From Longimicrobiales bacterium (GTDB taxonomy: Bacteria; Gemmatimonadota; Gemmatimonadetes; Longimicrobiales; Gaopeijiaceae), in contig OZ220732.1 in NCBI GenBank assembly GCA_965116905.1, forward strand, positions 192,001-256,000: 64,000 nt of DNA, written 5' to 3'. Shown one piece after another: positions 17,162 to 27,262 of the stretch (positions within the stretch are counted from its first letter, which is position 1; each line of letters begins with the position of its first letter). The notes below the pieces were generated by a model. The model ran no database searches and had not been told where the DNA came from. It was given only the letters and a program-made list of their open reading frames with translations. The translations under genes were made by a program, and so were the position numbers.

Positions 17162-18205
17162 TTATGCCAAGCCCTGCGAGGCGTCCAGTCGCCCGTCGAT
17201 GTCGTATCCGGCCGCGGCCCATCCGGATGCCTGCCGCCCGCGGTCGAAGGTCACGTCGATGCGGCCCAGGCGCATGCCGCCCCAGCCGACCTGGTTCACC
17301 ACCGTGAACCCCGGCCGATCCGTTCCGAAGACCACGGCTTCGTCGAGGAATGTGTGGGTGTGGCCGCCCAGGATCAGGTCGATCTCGGGCACCGCTTCCG
17401 CCATCGTCCGGTCACTCGGCCGGTTCGGATCTGCATAGGCATACCCGAGGTGTGACAGGCAGATCACCAGCGAACATCCCTGCTCCCGCAGCTCGCGGCA
17501 GGCGGTGCGCGCCGCCTGGACCGGGTCGGTGTACCGCACGCCTTCGTGCAGGCTGGCGAGCACGAGCTTCTCGAAAGCGATGCCCAGCCCGAAGATTCCC
17601 ACCTTGACACCGTCGAATTCTCGTACTGTGTATGGCCGGACGTGCCCGGCCAGCGCCGACGCGCTCACATCGTAGTTGGCCGAAACGAATTCGAAGTCCG
17701 CCTCGGGGAGCATCGACACGAGCCCGTCCACTCCGTTGTCGAAGTCGTGGTTGCCCAGGGTGGCGACGTCGTAGCCCATGGCGGTCATCGCGCGGAACTC
17801 GATCTCGCCGCCGAAAAAGTTGAAATAGGGCGTCCCCTGGAAGATGTCTCCCGAATCGAGGAGCAGGACGTGCTCGTTCGCCTCGCGCACCCGGCGAATC
17901 AGCGTGGCGCGCCGAGCCGCCCCTCCCAGTCCGGAGAAGGGGCCGCCGTCCATGGGGAAGGGGTCCATGCGAGAGTGCGTGTCGTTGGTGTGAAGGACGA
18001 CCAGGCGGAACTCGTCGTCGATCAGGGGACCGTAGCGGCGGGGGGTGCGGCTCGCCGCCCGCAGCGGCCGGGGTCCGGCCAGTCCCGCAATGCCGCCCGG
18101 ACCCGCGGCGCCGGCCAGACCGGTAGCGCCGGCCAGACCCGCGGCACCCGCCAGCCCCCAAGCCCCTCCCAGACCCAGCGAACGCACAAAATCGCGGCGT
18201 TTCAT
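17162..18205 (-). CDS. Tat-exported metallophosphoesterase (catalytic subunit of a split 5'-nucleotidase)
   Basis: [11 protein letters not shown]at signal; LHTNDTHS, LLDSGD, LGNHDFD, LSHLG, GGHTH. Confidence 0.9.
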   Translation of the reverse strand: MKRRDFVRSLGLGGAWGLAGAAGLAGATGLAGAAGPGGIAGLAGPRPLRAASRTPRRYGPLIDDEFRLVVLHTNDTHSRMDPFPMDGGPFSGLGGAARRATLIRRVREANEHVLLLDSGDIFQGTPYFNFFGGEIEFRAMTAMGYDVATLGNHDFDNGVDGLVSMLPEADFEFVSANYDVSASALAGHVRPYTVREFDGVKVGIFGLGIAFEKLVLASLHEGVRYTDPVQAARTACRELREQGCSLVICLSHLGYAYADPNRPSDRTMAEAVPEIDLILGGHTHTFLDEAVVFGTDRPGFTVVNQVGWGGMRLGRIDVTFDRGRQASGWAAAGYDIDGRLDASQGLA

Positions 18206-19032
18206 CGAGTGCACTCCTCGTGTTCACTGTCCGCCGCACGGCGGACGCGTCCGTCCAGCGCGGGAGTCACGGTGTCGCGCTCGCGGAGGTATGCGACGAG
18301 GACATCCCGGATCAGCACGTCCAGGTCCTCGCGCCCCTGGGCGCCCGCCTCCCACAACACGGTCCAGGTGCCGCCCCCGTCCGCCAGGTAGTCGACGGTG
18401 GCAAGGCGGTAGGTGCGCTCCGGATCGATGGGCTGTCCACCCACCCGCACGTTCACGGCGTCGGCGCCGCTCAGCTCCATCGTCCAGCCCGCGACGGGTT
18501 CGCCACAGCTCTGCGCGACCTCGTCCGCCAGGCGCTCCAGCTGGGATCCCGACAGTGAGAGTACGGTGACGTAGTTCTCGAAGGGCAGCAGTTCGTATGC
18601 GTGCCGCATCAGGATCGGGCCCTCGGCGAGGGGAACCCTCAGGCCGCCGTCGTTGAGAAGAGCCATGTGTACCGGCTCGCCGGCGAGGTCCTGCGCGACA
18701 TCGAGCAGCGCGTCGGCAACAAGGTTCTCCAGCGTGCCCTCGGGGTCGGCCTTCCGGAAGCCCCCCGAAGCGTGTGCGAGCACCTCGGCGAGCTGCTGTC
18801 CCAGCCGGTCCCGGTACGGGGCGATCAGCGCCTCGATGTCGGCAGCCGGTTCGAAGCTCTCGTCAACCACCGTGAAGTCGACCGGGGCCCCGGTGACCGG
18901 AAGAACGCCCGGGGGCGATTCGGGCGCGCGGTCGGCTACGGTGCAGCCGCCAGGGATGGTGACGGCGGCCCCCAGGATGGTGGCGGCTGCGAGCATCGGC
19001 GGGATCGATTTCGGCATGAGGATGCTGAACAT
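18202..19032 (-). CDS. 5'-nucleotidase C-terminal (substrate-binding) domain protein, probable lipoprotein
   Basis: [34 protein letters not shown]. Start uncertain; ATGA overlap with the partner gene. Confidence 0.85.
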   Translation of the reverse strand: MFSILMPKSIPPMLAAATILGAAVTIPGGCTVADRAPESPPGVLPVTGAPVDFTVVDESFEPAADIEALIAPYRDRLGQQLAEVLAHASGGFRKADPEGTLENLVADALLDVAQDLAGEPVHMALLNDGGLRVPLAEGPILMRHAYELLPFENYVTVLSLSGSQLERLADEVAQSCGEPVAGWTMELSGADAVNVRVGGQPIDPERTYRLATVDYLADGGGTWTVLWEAGAQGREDLDVLIRDVLVAYLRERDTVTPALDGRVRRAADSEHEECTR

Positions 19033-19130
19033 CGCGTCATCGGGAGTTGCGCGCCACGGCGGATCCCGCATCGTTGCACAACACCCGGTGTCACCGTCAT
19101 CACTCCTCTCTACCCACACGAGCTACTCCC

Positions 19131-20315
19131 ATGTCCCTTGCCCACTCGCTTGACGGCGTTCGCGTCCTCGATCTCTCCCGTCTCCTGCCGGGACCCTTCC
19201 TCACGATGGTCCTCGCCGACCTCGGCGCCGACGTGGTCAAGGTCGAGGAGCCCCGCGTGGGCGACTACATGCGCGACTTCCCCCCGCGTGGCGAAGGCAT
19301 GTCGGGCCGCTACCTGACGGTCAACCGCAACAAGCGGTCGGTGACGATGGACCTGAAGGACGATCTGGAGCGCGAGCGATTCCTGCGCATGGCCGCCCAG
19401 GCCGATGTCGTCGTCGAGAGCTTCCGGCCGGGCGTGATGGATCGGCTCGGGGTCGGCTACGAGGAGCTGCGCGAGCGCAACGCCGCCATCGTCCTGTGCT
19501 CCATCTCGGGCTACGGACAGACGGGGCCGTACCGGGACCGCGCCGGCCACGACATCAACTACCTGGCGCTGGCGGGCGTGCTCGCGATGAGCGGCGCGGC
19601 GCCCGGTGGCCCGCCCGGGATGGCGGGCGTGCAGATCGCGGACATGGCGGGTGGTGCGATGTGGGGTGCGATCGGCATCCTCGCCGCGCTGATCGAGCGG
19701 GACCGCACGGGGGTGGGGACCCACCTGGACATCTCCATGACCGAAGGCGCCCTGGCGCTCCTGGCCAGCGAGTTCGGGATCCTCGATGCGGAACCCGAGG
19801 TCCCCACGCGGGGCACCGGCCTCCTCAACGGTGGTGCGGCGCGCTACGGCGTCTACCGGACCAGCGACGGCAAGTACCTGAGCGTGGGGGCGCTGGAGCC
19901 GCAGTTTCTCGCCCGGTTGGCCGCTGCGGCGGGGCTGGAGCTGCCGCGCGGGCCCGAAGCCGCAGCGGCGCACGCCGCAGGGGCGCCGGGCGAAGACGAG
20001 TTCCGCCGCCAGCTCACAAGGGTCATCGCGTCGAAGACACGCGACGAATGGGTACGCGTGCTCGCGGACTACGATTGCTGCTGCGAGCCCGTGCTGGAGC
20101 TGGACGAGGTAGCCGACCACCCCCTGCACCGCGAGCGCGGGCTCTTCTTTGAAATCGGGGATAGCGGGGTGCCCGGGGCACTGCAGGTGCGTACGCCTCT
20201 CGGCATGCCCGCTGCCCGCCGTCCGGCCCCGGCCCTGGGCGAGCACGACGACGAGGTGTTTGAGGAGTATGGGGTGCCTGCGATACAGACGTCGTCCCGT
20301 CAATCGGGACGGTGA
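19131..20315 (+). CDS. CaiB/BaiF family III CoA transferase (AMACR-like)
   Basis: [54 protein letters not shown]...GHDINY. Confidence 0.93.
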   Translation: MSLAHSLDGVRVLDLSRLLPGPFLTMVLADLGADVVKVEEPRVGDYMRDFPPRGEGMSGRYLTVNRNKRSVTMDLKDDLERERFLRMAAQADVVVESFRPGVMDRLGVGYEELRERNAAIVLCSISGYGQTGPYRDRAGHDINYLALAGVLAMSGAAPGGPPGMAGVQIADMAGGAMWGAIGILAALIERDRTGVGTHLDISMTEGALALLASEFGILDAEPEVPTRGTGLLNGGAARYGVYRTSDGKYLSVGALEPQFLARLAAAAGLELPRGPEAAAAHAAGAPGEDEFRRQLTRVIASKTRDEWVRVLADYDCCCEPVLELDEVADHPLHRERGLFFEIGDSGVPGALQVRTPLGMPAARRPAPALGEHDDEVFEEYGVPAIQTSSRQSGR

Positions 20316-20333
20316 ACCGGGCCAGAGTGCGGC

Positions 20334-21461
20334 CTATCCCCCCCACACCTCCTCGAACACCCGCAGGTAGTTCTCGCCCAGGAACTTGAGGATCACCTCG
20401 TCCGAGTGGCCGCGCGCGGCCAGCGCCTCCGTCAGGCGGGGCAGCTTCGAGATGTCCTCGAGGCCGGCCGGGGCCATCTCCTGGCCGTAGTGATCGCTGC
20501 CCAGCCCGATGTGGTCGGGTCCCATCACCTCCAGCGCCGTCTCGATGTCCTGCACGACGCTGTCGAGATCACGGTGCGCCACATGGATGAGGCCGAGGAC
20601 GCCGCCGTTCGCCGCCAGCGCATCCAGCATCCAGCGGTCGCGGGGCAGTTCGAGGCGCGGGCGGGGCAGCTTGCCGTCCAGCAGATCCTGCGCCTCGGGC
20701 GCCGTGTCGGGGAACATGGTGGGCGTGGTGTGCGAGAGGATGACGGGATTGCGGGTGATCTCGAGGATCTCGCTGAAGCCGGCTTCGCCGATGTGCACCA
20801 GGTCGATCACGATCCCGAGCGCGTCCATCCGCCGGACGACCTCCTCGCCGAGCGCGGTCAGGCCGCCGCGCCGGTCCGCCGCCCAGCAGCCGTCGGCGAA
20901 GATGTTGCGGCGGGTGTGGGTCAGGCTCCCCGAGCGCAAGCCCAGGCGATAGTACAGGTCGAGGAAGCGCGGATCGGTGCCCAGAGCCTCGCAACCCTCG
21001 AAAGTGAGGACCAGCGCGACCTTCCCCTCCTCCTTGGCGCGGCGGATGTCCCGGACCGTCGTGGCCAGCAGCAGTTCGTCGTGGCGGCCTATCTGGTCGT
21101 GCAGATTCCACACCATTTCCATGCCTCGCCGAACCGGGTCGCGCAGCCAGTCGTCGTCGAGGTAGATCGCGCAGAGCTGGGCGGTGACGCCACCCTCGCG
21201 CCAGCGCGGCAGATCGTACTGGCCCATGGGACCGAACCAGACCGTGTGGGCACCCATGCCGAAGCGGACGAGGGGGTTGTGCTCCAGCCCCGGCGGCGGC
21301 TCCCAGTCGAGACCGGGCACCTCGACGCGGTCGCCGAGGCTCATCTTGCCCTCCGTGACTGGAATCAGGATGTCGCTGTGACCGTCTACGACGATGGCGC
21401 GGCGGTGGAGGTCGCGAGCCGCAGCGGCCGGGCGCCCCTCGGACGGATTCTCGCCGGTCAT
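20334..21461 (-). CDS. Membrane dipeptidase (M19 family)
   Basis: VVDGHSD, LTFEG, GLTALG, IDLVH, SHT, DHIGLGSD, GENYLRVF. Confidence 0.9.
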   Translation of the reverse strand: MTGENPSEGRPAAAARDLHRRAIVVDGHSDILIPVTEGKMSLGDRVEVPGLDWEPPPGLEHNPLVRFGMGAHTVWFGPMGQYDLPRWREGGVTAQLCAIYLDDDWLRDPVRRGMEMVWNLHDQIGRHDELLLATTVRDIRRAKEEGKVALVLTFEGCEALGTDPRFLDLYYRLGLRSGSLTHTRRNIFADGCWAADRRGGLTALGEEVVRRMDALGIVIDLVHIGEAGFSEILEITRNPVILSHTTPTMFPDTAPEAQDLLDGKLPRPRLELPRDRWMLDALAANGGVLGLIHVAHRDLDSVVQDIETALEVMGPDHIGLGSDHYGQEMAPAGLEDISKLPRLTEALAARGHSDEVILKFLGENYLRVFEEVWGG

Positions 21462-23278
21462 CAGGCGCCCCCCGAGCCCGGCAGTCCGCCTTCCACCACC
21501 GGCAGTTCGATACGTGACCCGTCCGCGCCGCCCCGGTACACCGTCAGGGTGGCATCGCCGTCGGCAGGCACCGCGTCGAACATGCCGGCGTCGGCACCCG
21601 CGATCGCGACCCGGATGCGGTGACCCGCGCGGACCAGTGTGGCGATGGGCCAGAGCCGGAAGCTCACCGTCGCGGCCTCGCCGGGCGGCATGGGCTCGGC
21701 GTCGGCGCGCGCGAAGGAGTGGTATGGCTCCTCACCCTCGAAATACGGGTTGGGCACGGCCTTGCGGTGGATCAGCCGCAACCCTCCCTCGGTCACGTAG
21801 CGGCTCCGGCCCTCCGGATCGACATCTTCCAGGTAGACGAAGAGCGCGCCGTCCTCCCGGTCCGACGCGAGCTTCAGCGTGATCACCGGATAGCCGGCAA
21901 TCTGCAGGTCGGATTCGAGCGGCTCGGTGGTATAGGTGAGCATGCGGGCGTCCATGTCGGCGCGGTCGTCCAGGTTGAGGATCGGGGTGCCCATCTGGGC
22001 CATCCAGCGGTTGTCGGAGCCGGTGGTGACTTCCGGATCGACGGCATATTCGTCGCTGCCTTCCGTCACGGCCTCCGAATCTCCGGTCAGGCGCGCGCCC
22101 GAGTCCATGAACAGGGCTGTGGTGACGGTTCCCGCCGGCGGCCAGACCTCGGTGTCGTGGTACGCCTCCTCGCCCAGGTTGAAGAAGCGCATGGCCGGCC
22201 AATCGTCCACGCCGTTGTCGTCGCCCTTCAGGTGGTGGTCGAAGAAGAGGCGCCGCAACTCCATCTGTTCGTCCACCGAGGGTTGGGGCGGCAGAGGCGC
22301 TGCCCCCACGGAATAGGGGCTGGCGCTGTAGCCCCCGCCGTGCGTGGAGGCCAGGATGAGCACCTTCTGGGGATTCGAGAAGTGCCGGAAGCGCAGCAGC
22401 GTGCCGTCAGCGGTGCCCGCGTCCATCCAGCTGACCAGGACCAGCATCGGCACACCCGACGCCTCGATCTCGGCCTTCCAGTGGATCGGGCCGATCTCGG
22501 CCCACGCCTGGTCCCCGCCGACCACGTCGTCCCGGTACTCCGTGGCCAACACCGCCTGGAACACGTCGGGATTGGCCGCGTGTTCGGCCACGGCTGCCGC
22601 AAGCATCGAGCCGTCCTCGTCCTCGTCGACACGGGCCACGCCGGCGCCGATCACTTCCACGTTGTTGTCGTCCATGTGACCCACCAGATCGCCCCACGTC
22701 TCGATGAAGCCCCGGGCCAGCAGGCCGTAAGGACGAATCGGGCTGGGATAGGCGTCGAAGTCCGACCACCCCGGAATCACGGCCTTCACGGCGGGGTGAT
22801 TCACGGCCGCAAGCAGCTCGGCGGTGGTGCCCGTGTACGAGGTTCCGTAGGCACCCACCGTCCCGTCCGACCATTGCCTCGACACCACCCACTCCACCAC
22901 ATCGTGCGCGTCGAGGACTTCCTGGCGCCCGTACTCCACAGGCCGCGTGCCGAAAGAGGCGCCGCTGCCGCGCGCGTCCACCTTGACCAGCGCGTAGCCG
23001 TGCTCGAGGAAATGGCGATCCAGGCCCGAAAGCGTGTTGATGCGCTCGCCCGTCTCGGGATCCTCCAGGCCGCGGCGATAACGGGTCAGCGTGAGGAGGG
23101 CGGGATACGGCGGCTCGTGATCCTCCGCCGGGAGATAGACGTCGGCGGCGAGCCGCGGACCGTCGGCCGCGGTCAGGTAGTGAGCGGAAACATCCGGTCC
23201 GGGTGCGCTCTGCGCGGCGGGATCGCAGGCGAGGAGGGCGACGGTGAGGGCCGCCGCGGCCAGGCGGGCGATCCTCAC
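21461..23278 (-). CDS. CocE/NonD (S15-like) hydrolase, lipoprotein
   Basis: Lipobox LLAC; LAADVYLP, VDARGSGAS, GAYGTSYTG nucleophile, C-terminal jelly-roll (GHRIRVAI). GTGA overlap. Confidence 0.9.
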   Translation of the reverse strand: MRIARLAAAALTVALLACDPAAQSAPGPDVSAHYLTAADGPRLAADVYLPAEDHEPPYPALLTLTRYRRGLEDPETGERINTLSGLDRHFLEHGYALVKVDARGSGASFGTRPVEYGRQEVLDAHDVVEWVVSRQWSDGTVGAYGTSYTGTTAELLAAVNHPAVKAVIPGWSDFDAYPSPIRPYGLLARGFIETWGDLVGHMDDNNVEVIGAGVARVDEDEDGSMLAAAVAEHAANPDVFQAVLATEYRDDVVGGDQAWAEIGPIHWKAEIEASGVPMLVLVSWMDAGTADGTLLRFRHFSNPQKVLILASTHGGGYSASPYSVGAAPLPPQPSVDEQMELRRLFFDHHLKGDDNGVDDWPAMRFFNLGEEAYHDTEVWPPAGTVTTALFMDSGARLTGDSEAVTEGSDEYAVDPEVTTGSDNRWMAQMGTPILNLDDRADMDARMLTYTTEPLESDLQIAGYPVITLKLASDREDGALFVYLEDVDPEGRSRYVTEGGLRLIHRKAVPNPYFEGEEPYHSFARADAEPMPPGEAATVSFRLWPIATLVRAGHRIRVAIAGADAGMFDAVPADGDATLTVYRGGADGSRIELPVVEGGLPGSGGA

Positions 23279-24702
23279 TCCGGCACCTTCATCGAACTGA
23301 TGATCGGCGCGACCGGCAGCGCATCCAGGTCCACCACCTTCCCCTCCTTGATCACCATGTGGATCTCGCGGTAGTTGTACGCGCTCTCGAGCGGATTGGC
23401 GTCGAGGATCACGATGTCGGCCCACCGGCCCGGCTGCAGCGTCCCAATCTCATCCTCCAGCCGGTACGCGCTCGCCACATTGCTCGTGGTCGACTTGAGC
23501 ACCTCCATCGGGTCCATCCCCAACTCCTCCAGGCCCACCAGGGCATTGAAGTGCCCCTCGCCCAGCTTGACGCGCGAATCGACCGTATCGGACGCCAGGG
23601 TCGCGGACTCCGCCAGCAGCACCGGATTCTGGATCCCTGCGTCGGTGGACATCAGCAGCTTCGCGCCCGCCTTGATCATGTTGGCCCGGTTGATCGCGCC
23701 GATCTTCATGTAGGGCGTGAGCCCCGCGGGGCTGTGCGCCTCCAGCGCCGCCAGACGCCGCGCCGTGATCGGCAGGACCGAACACGCAATGCCGCGGTCG
23801 ACCATCTTCCGGATCGATTCCATCGGGATCGGAATCTCGGGCCCGGAGATACCGCAGTGCGTGATGATGTCCACCCCTGCCTCGATCGCCATGTCGAAGC
23901 TCTCGACCGAGGTCGTGTGGGTCTGCACGGTCATGCCGGCGCGGTGGCCCTCCTCGACGATCACGCGCTGCACGCGCTCCGAGAACGAGATCAGGTTCAT
24001 GTCGACGTGACCGCTGGCGCCGTACTTGAGGAAGTCCATCCCCAGCGTCGTGTAGTTGCGGATCACGTCGGCCACCGAATCGGGGGTCATCCACAGCAGT
24101 TCGCGCCCCGTCTTCTCTTCCCAGGTGTCGTTGATCCGCTTGACGAAGGCCTGGCTCACGTACGGCGCGTGCGACTCGCGGAAGTCCGGTCCCAGCGGTC
24201 CGCTGAACCCAATGATGTTGCCGGCGATGTACATCCGGCTGCCCGGCGCCTCGCCCGCGTTGATCATGTCGCGCGCCTTCCCGAGGGCCGCGCGCGGTCC
24301 CCAGGTGTCGAAGACGGTGGTCTGTCCGGTCTTCAGGGTGATCTGGGCCGCCTCGAGCACGATCTCGTGGAGCCGGTGCTCATGCAGGATGAGCGTCTCG
24401 AGGTCGAGGTTGAGGAAGAGATGGAGGTTGCCGTCCATCAGCCCGGGGATGACGTACTTGCCCCCGGCATCGATCGTGGTCGCGCCCGCGGGGACAGGGG
24501 TCGAGGCGGCGGACCCGGCGGCGGTGATGCGCCCATCGGTGAACACGACCACGCCGTCTGCGATCGGCGCGGCCCCCGTGCCGTCGATCACGGTGCCGCC
24601 GGTGACGGCGACGGTCTGGGCGGCGGCGGCCGGGGCGAGCGCGGCGGGGGCGAGCGCGACGGTGAGAAACAGGGCAAGCGCGTTGGCTCGGTGGGTGGAC
24701 AT
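23275..24702 (-). CDS. Exported amidohydrolase-superfamily protein
   Basis: Signal peptide; TVIDGTG, GKYVIPGLMDGNLH, DFLK, QTH, ITHC, STDAG, GTLQPGRWADIVILDANPL. Confidence 0.88.
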   Translation of the reverse strand: MSTHRANALALFLTVALAPAALAPAAAAQTVAVTGGTVIDGTGAAPIADGVVVFTDGRITAAGSAASTPVPAGATTIDAGGKYVIPGLMDGNLHLFLNLDLETLILHEHRLHEIVLEAAQITLKTGQTTVFDTWGPRAALGKARDMINAGEAPGSRMYIAGNIIGFSGPLGPDFRESHAPYVSQAFVKRINDTWEEKTGRELLWMTPDSVADVIRNYTTLGMDFLKYGASGHVDMNLISFSERVQRVIVEEGHRAGMTVQTHTTSVESFDMAIEAGVDIITHCGISGPEIPIPMESIRKMVDRGIACSVLPITARRLAALEAHSPAGLTPYMKIGAINRANMIKAGAKLLMSTDAGIQNPVLLAESATLASDTVDSRVKLGEGHFNALVGLEELGMDPMEVLKSTTSNVASAYRLEDEIGTLQPGRWADIVILDANPLESAYNYREIHMVIKEGKVVDLDALPVAPIISSMKVPE

Positions 24703-24742
24703 GGCTGACTCCTTGTGGTCCTTCGGTACCTTCGGTTTTCCC

Positions 24743-26266
24743 TCAGTCGGCCCTCGGCACCATGCGGGCGCCCTGGGCGATATACGTCATGCGCCCGTCG
24801 GGACGCGGGTCGAGAAAGCTCATGACCGCCGCGGTCGGGTTCCCCTCGGGGTCCGGGAACGTAAACGCGTCGTTGCCGACAGGCTTCAGGGGCACCATCG
24901 GCGTCGGCTCCATCGGCGTGTCGTCGTAGAAGGGGAATTTGGCCCACAGGGACACGCCGAGGCTGCCAGCCATCTGGCCGGGCATCTCCGCGATCTCGTA
25001 GATCTGGGCGACGTTCTCATAGCGTCCCGCGTAGCGCGCGATGTCGACCTCGTCGTCGACGATGGGCCGGACCACGGGCGGCGGCGGTGCCACTCCCGAG
25101 GCTTCCTCCATCCACTTGGCGGAGAGCTCGCTGGTCAGCCCGCCGCTGTGCGACGAGTTGCCCAGGACTGCGACCGCCACATTGCTTTCGGGGTGTGCGG
25201 TCAGGTTCGCCAGGATGCCGGGCCCGCCGCCCCCGTGCGACACGAAACCGCCCTCGGAGAGCATCCAGCCCAGACCGAACGCGACCGGCGTGCCCTCGCC
25301 CCGCATCCGCGTGGTTTCGGCCCGCATGGCGCGGGCGCTCCCGGGCGACAGGATCGTGGCGCCGTTCGGGCCCGTGCCGTCGGCCATGTGCGCGGCGGCG
25401 AAGGTGACCAGCGCGCTGGCGGACATCATCGCCGTGGCACCGGCCGGCGCGAAGCTGATCGGCAGGAAGGCGAACGACGTCCGCACCGGTTCGCCCGTCT
25501 CGGGGTCGGTGAAGTGCCCGACGCTCGCCCGGTGCAGGAGCGCGTCCTCGGGTAGCACGGCGGCGTGCTCCATGCCCAGCGGCTGGAAGATCCGCTCCTT
25601 CACGAGGTCGTACCAGCTGCGCTCCCGGATCCTCTGGCACAGGTAGCCGGCGATCACCGTGGCCGTGTTGCAGTACGAGGTGTCGGCGCCCGGTTCGTGA
25701 ATCTTGCCCATGCCTGCGAAACGCGGGATCGCCTTCTCGATGGTCTCCTCGTCGTGGCCCTGCTCGGGCACCATCTCGCCGTCGATGCCGCTCGTGTGGT
25801 TGACGAGCATCGCCACCGTGATGCGCGCCAGGTGTTCCGGATCGGCAAGGCGCAGCTCGGGCAGGTAGGTCGAGACAGGGGCGTCCAGCTCGACCAGCCC
25901 GTCGTCCACCATCTGCATGAGGAGGGTCGTGTTGAAGATCTTGGTGATCGACCCGATGTGCATGACGGTCTCGGGGGTCATCGTGACGCCGCTGCTGACG
26001 TTCACGAGTCCCGCCGCGGCGGTGCGGATCTCGCCGTTGGCGAAGACGGCCGCGCTCGCGCCGACCACCCCGTGGCGGGCCAGCGCCTCCTCCAGGTCGG
26101 CCTGGAGCGCCGGGTCGGTTCCGGCGGGCGCGCTTGCAGGCCGCGTGCGTGCCGGCGAATCCGGAACACAGGCCGTGACGCCGACAACCGGGGGCACCGT
26201 CGCCGCGACCGCGGCGGTCCTGAGGAAGTCCCTGCGGGTGCTTGTCGACCTCTTGCGGGCGGGCAT
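24743..26266 (-). CDS. Tat-exported serine hydrolase (beta-lactamase/S12 family)
   Basis: STRRDFLR Tat signal; GSITK (SxxK), SYCN (YxN), SHGG. Confidence 0.9.
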   Translation of the reverse strand: MPARKRSTSTRRDFLRTAAVAATVPPVVGVTACVPDSPARTRPASAPAGTDPALQADLEEALARHGVVGASAAVFANGEIRTAAAGLVNVSSGVTMTPETVMHIGSITKIFNTTLLMQMVDDGLVELDAPVSTYLPELRLADPEHLARITVAMLVNHTSGIDGEMVPEQGHDEETIEKAIPRFAGMGKIHEPGADTSYCNTATVIAGYLCQRIRERSWYDLVKERIFQPLGMEHAAVLPEDALLHRASVGHFTDPETGEPVRTSFAFLPISFAPAGATAMMSASALVTFAAAHMADGTGPNGATILSPGSARAMRAETTRMRGEGTPVAFGLGWMLSEGGFVSHGGGGPGILANLTAHPESNVAVAVLGNSSHSGGLTSELSAKWMEEASGVAPPPPVVRPIVDDEVDIARYAGRYENVAQIYEIAEMPGQMAGSLGVSLWAKFPFYDDTPMEPTPMVPLKPVGNDAFTFPDPEGNPTAAVMSFLDPRPDGRMTYIAQGARMVPRAD

Positions 26267-26284
26267 TTGCATTCTCCTGGGCCG

Positions 26285-26322
26285 CGGCCGTGAACGCGTG
26301 GTTCGGCCGTGAACGCGTGGTT
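26285..26322. repeat. Exact 19-bp tandem duplication (cggccgtgaacgcgtggtt x2)
   Basis: Read directly; left flank of the vapBC-type module. Confidence 0.95.
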
Positions 26323-26401
26323 CTTGCGCACCGGACCATTGTCGGCACGCCGGACTGCCAGAATAGGTTGCGGCGGTGATCGCCGCCAATGTTCGCAGAG
26401 G

Positions 26402-26439
26402 TTGACAACATATGACCAGTCACCGAGACTGGTTATATG
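26402..26439 (+). promoter_or_regulatory. TA promoter with a 13-bp inverted-repeat operator
   Basis: TTGACA-17-GAGACT; catatgaccagtc-accga-gactggttatatg (1 mismatch) overlaps the -10 and the ATG. Confidence 0.75.
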
Positions 26440-26775
26440 GAGACCATCAACGCATCGTACTTCAAGGCCCGCTGCCTGGCGATCCTCGACCGTGTGAGGG
26501 AAACGGGCGAACGCATCGTGATTCTCAAGCGGGGGGAGCCCGTGGCGGAGCTCGGACCGCCCAGCCGCGCGGAATCGCGGTATCCGCAAGCGGAACTGAA
26601 GGGCACGGTCACGGTGCTCGGTGACATCGTCGGGCCGGTCGTGCCGGAGCACCACTGGGACAGCCTGACGGGCACCGGCACGACCCCCGCCGACGCAGCG
26701 CCCGGCGAGGCCGCAGGTGAGGCTGCAGGTGAGGCCGACGCACGCAAGCGAACCCCGTGGAAGGGCGGCGAGTGA
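26437..26775 (+). CDS. Phd/YefM-family antitoxin
   Basis: INASYFKARCLAILDRVRETGERIVILKRGEPVAEL. Confidence 0.92.
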   Translation: METINASYFKARCLAILDRVRETGERIVILKRGEPVAELGPPSRAESRYPQAELKGTVTVLGDIVGPVVPEHHWDSLTGTGTTPADAAPGEAAGEAAGEADARKRTPWKGGE

Positions 26776-27188
26776 CGACGCTCCCGAAGACCCGCGTCCT
26801 CCTGGACACCCACATCCTGATCTGGTGGCTTCAGGGTGGTGGTCCACTGTCGTCCGAGCAACGACGGGTCCTCCATGCGGCCGACGCGGACTCGCCACTG
26901 CGCGTATCCGACATATCCCTCTGGGAGATCGCGACGCTTCACAGCCTGGGCCGTATACGGCTTGCGCTTCCGCCCAGGGAGTGGCTGGAGAAGGCGGTCG
27001 CGCCGCCGCTCGTTCGGCGCTACGGCATCTCCCCGGCGATCGCGGCCGAAGTGGCCGCCCTGCCGGACTCCTTTCACCGGGACCCCGCCGACCGTATTCT
27101 CGTTGCGACCGGGCGCATCATGGGAGCGACGCTGCTCACGCACGACCGTCACATCGTCGACTCCGGACTGGTGCCGACGCTGAACTGA
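26772..27188 (+). CDS. vapC: VapC (PIN-domain) toxin
   Basis: LLDTHILIWW, SDISLWEI, HRDPADRILVAT, LLTHD; GTGA overlap. Confidence 0.93.
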   Translation: MTTLPKTRVLLDTHILIWWLQGGGPLSSEQRRVLHAADADSPLRVSDISLWEIATLHSLGRIRLALPPREWLEKAVAPPLVRRYGISPAIAAEVAALPDSFHRDPADRILVATGRIMGATLLTHDRHIVDSGLVPTLN

Positions 27189-27200
27189 GACGGTCGGCCG

Positions 27201-27240
27201 CCGCGCCCGCAGCCGCCGCGCCGCGCCCGCAGCCGCCGCG
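27201..27240. repeat. Exact 20-bp tandem duplication (ccgcgcccgcagccgccgcg x2)
   Basis: Read directly; right flank of the vapBC-type module. Confidence 0.95.
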
Positions 27241-27262
27241 CCCCGAAGAAGGAACCGTGCCA

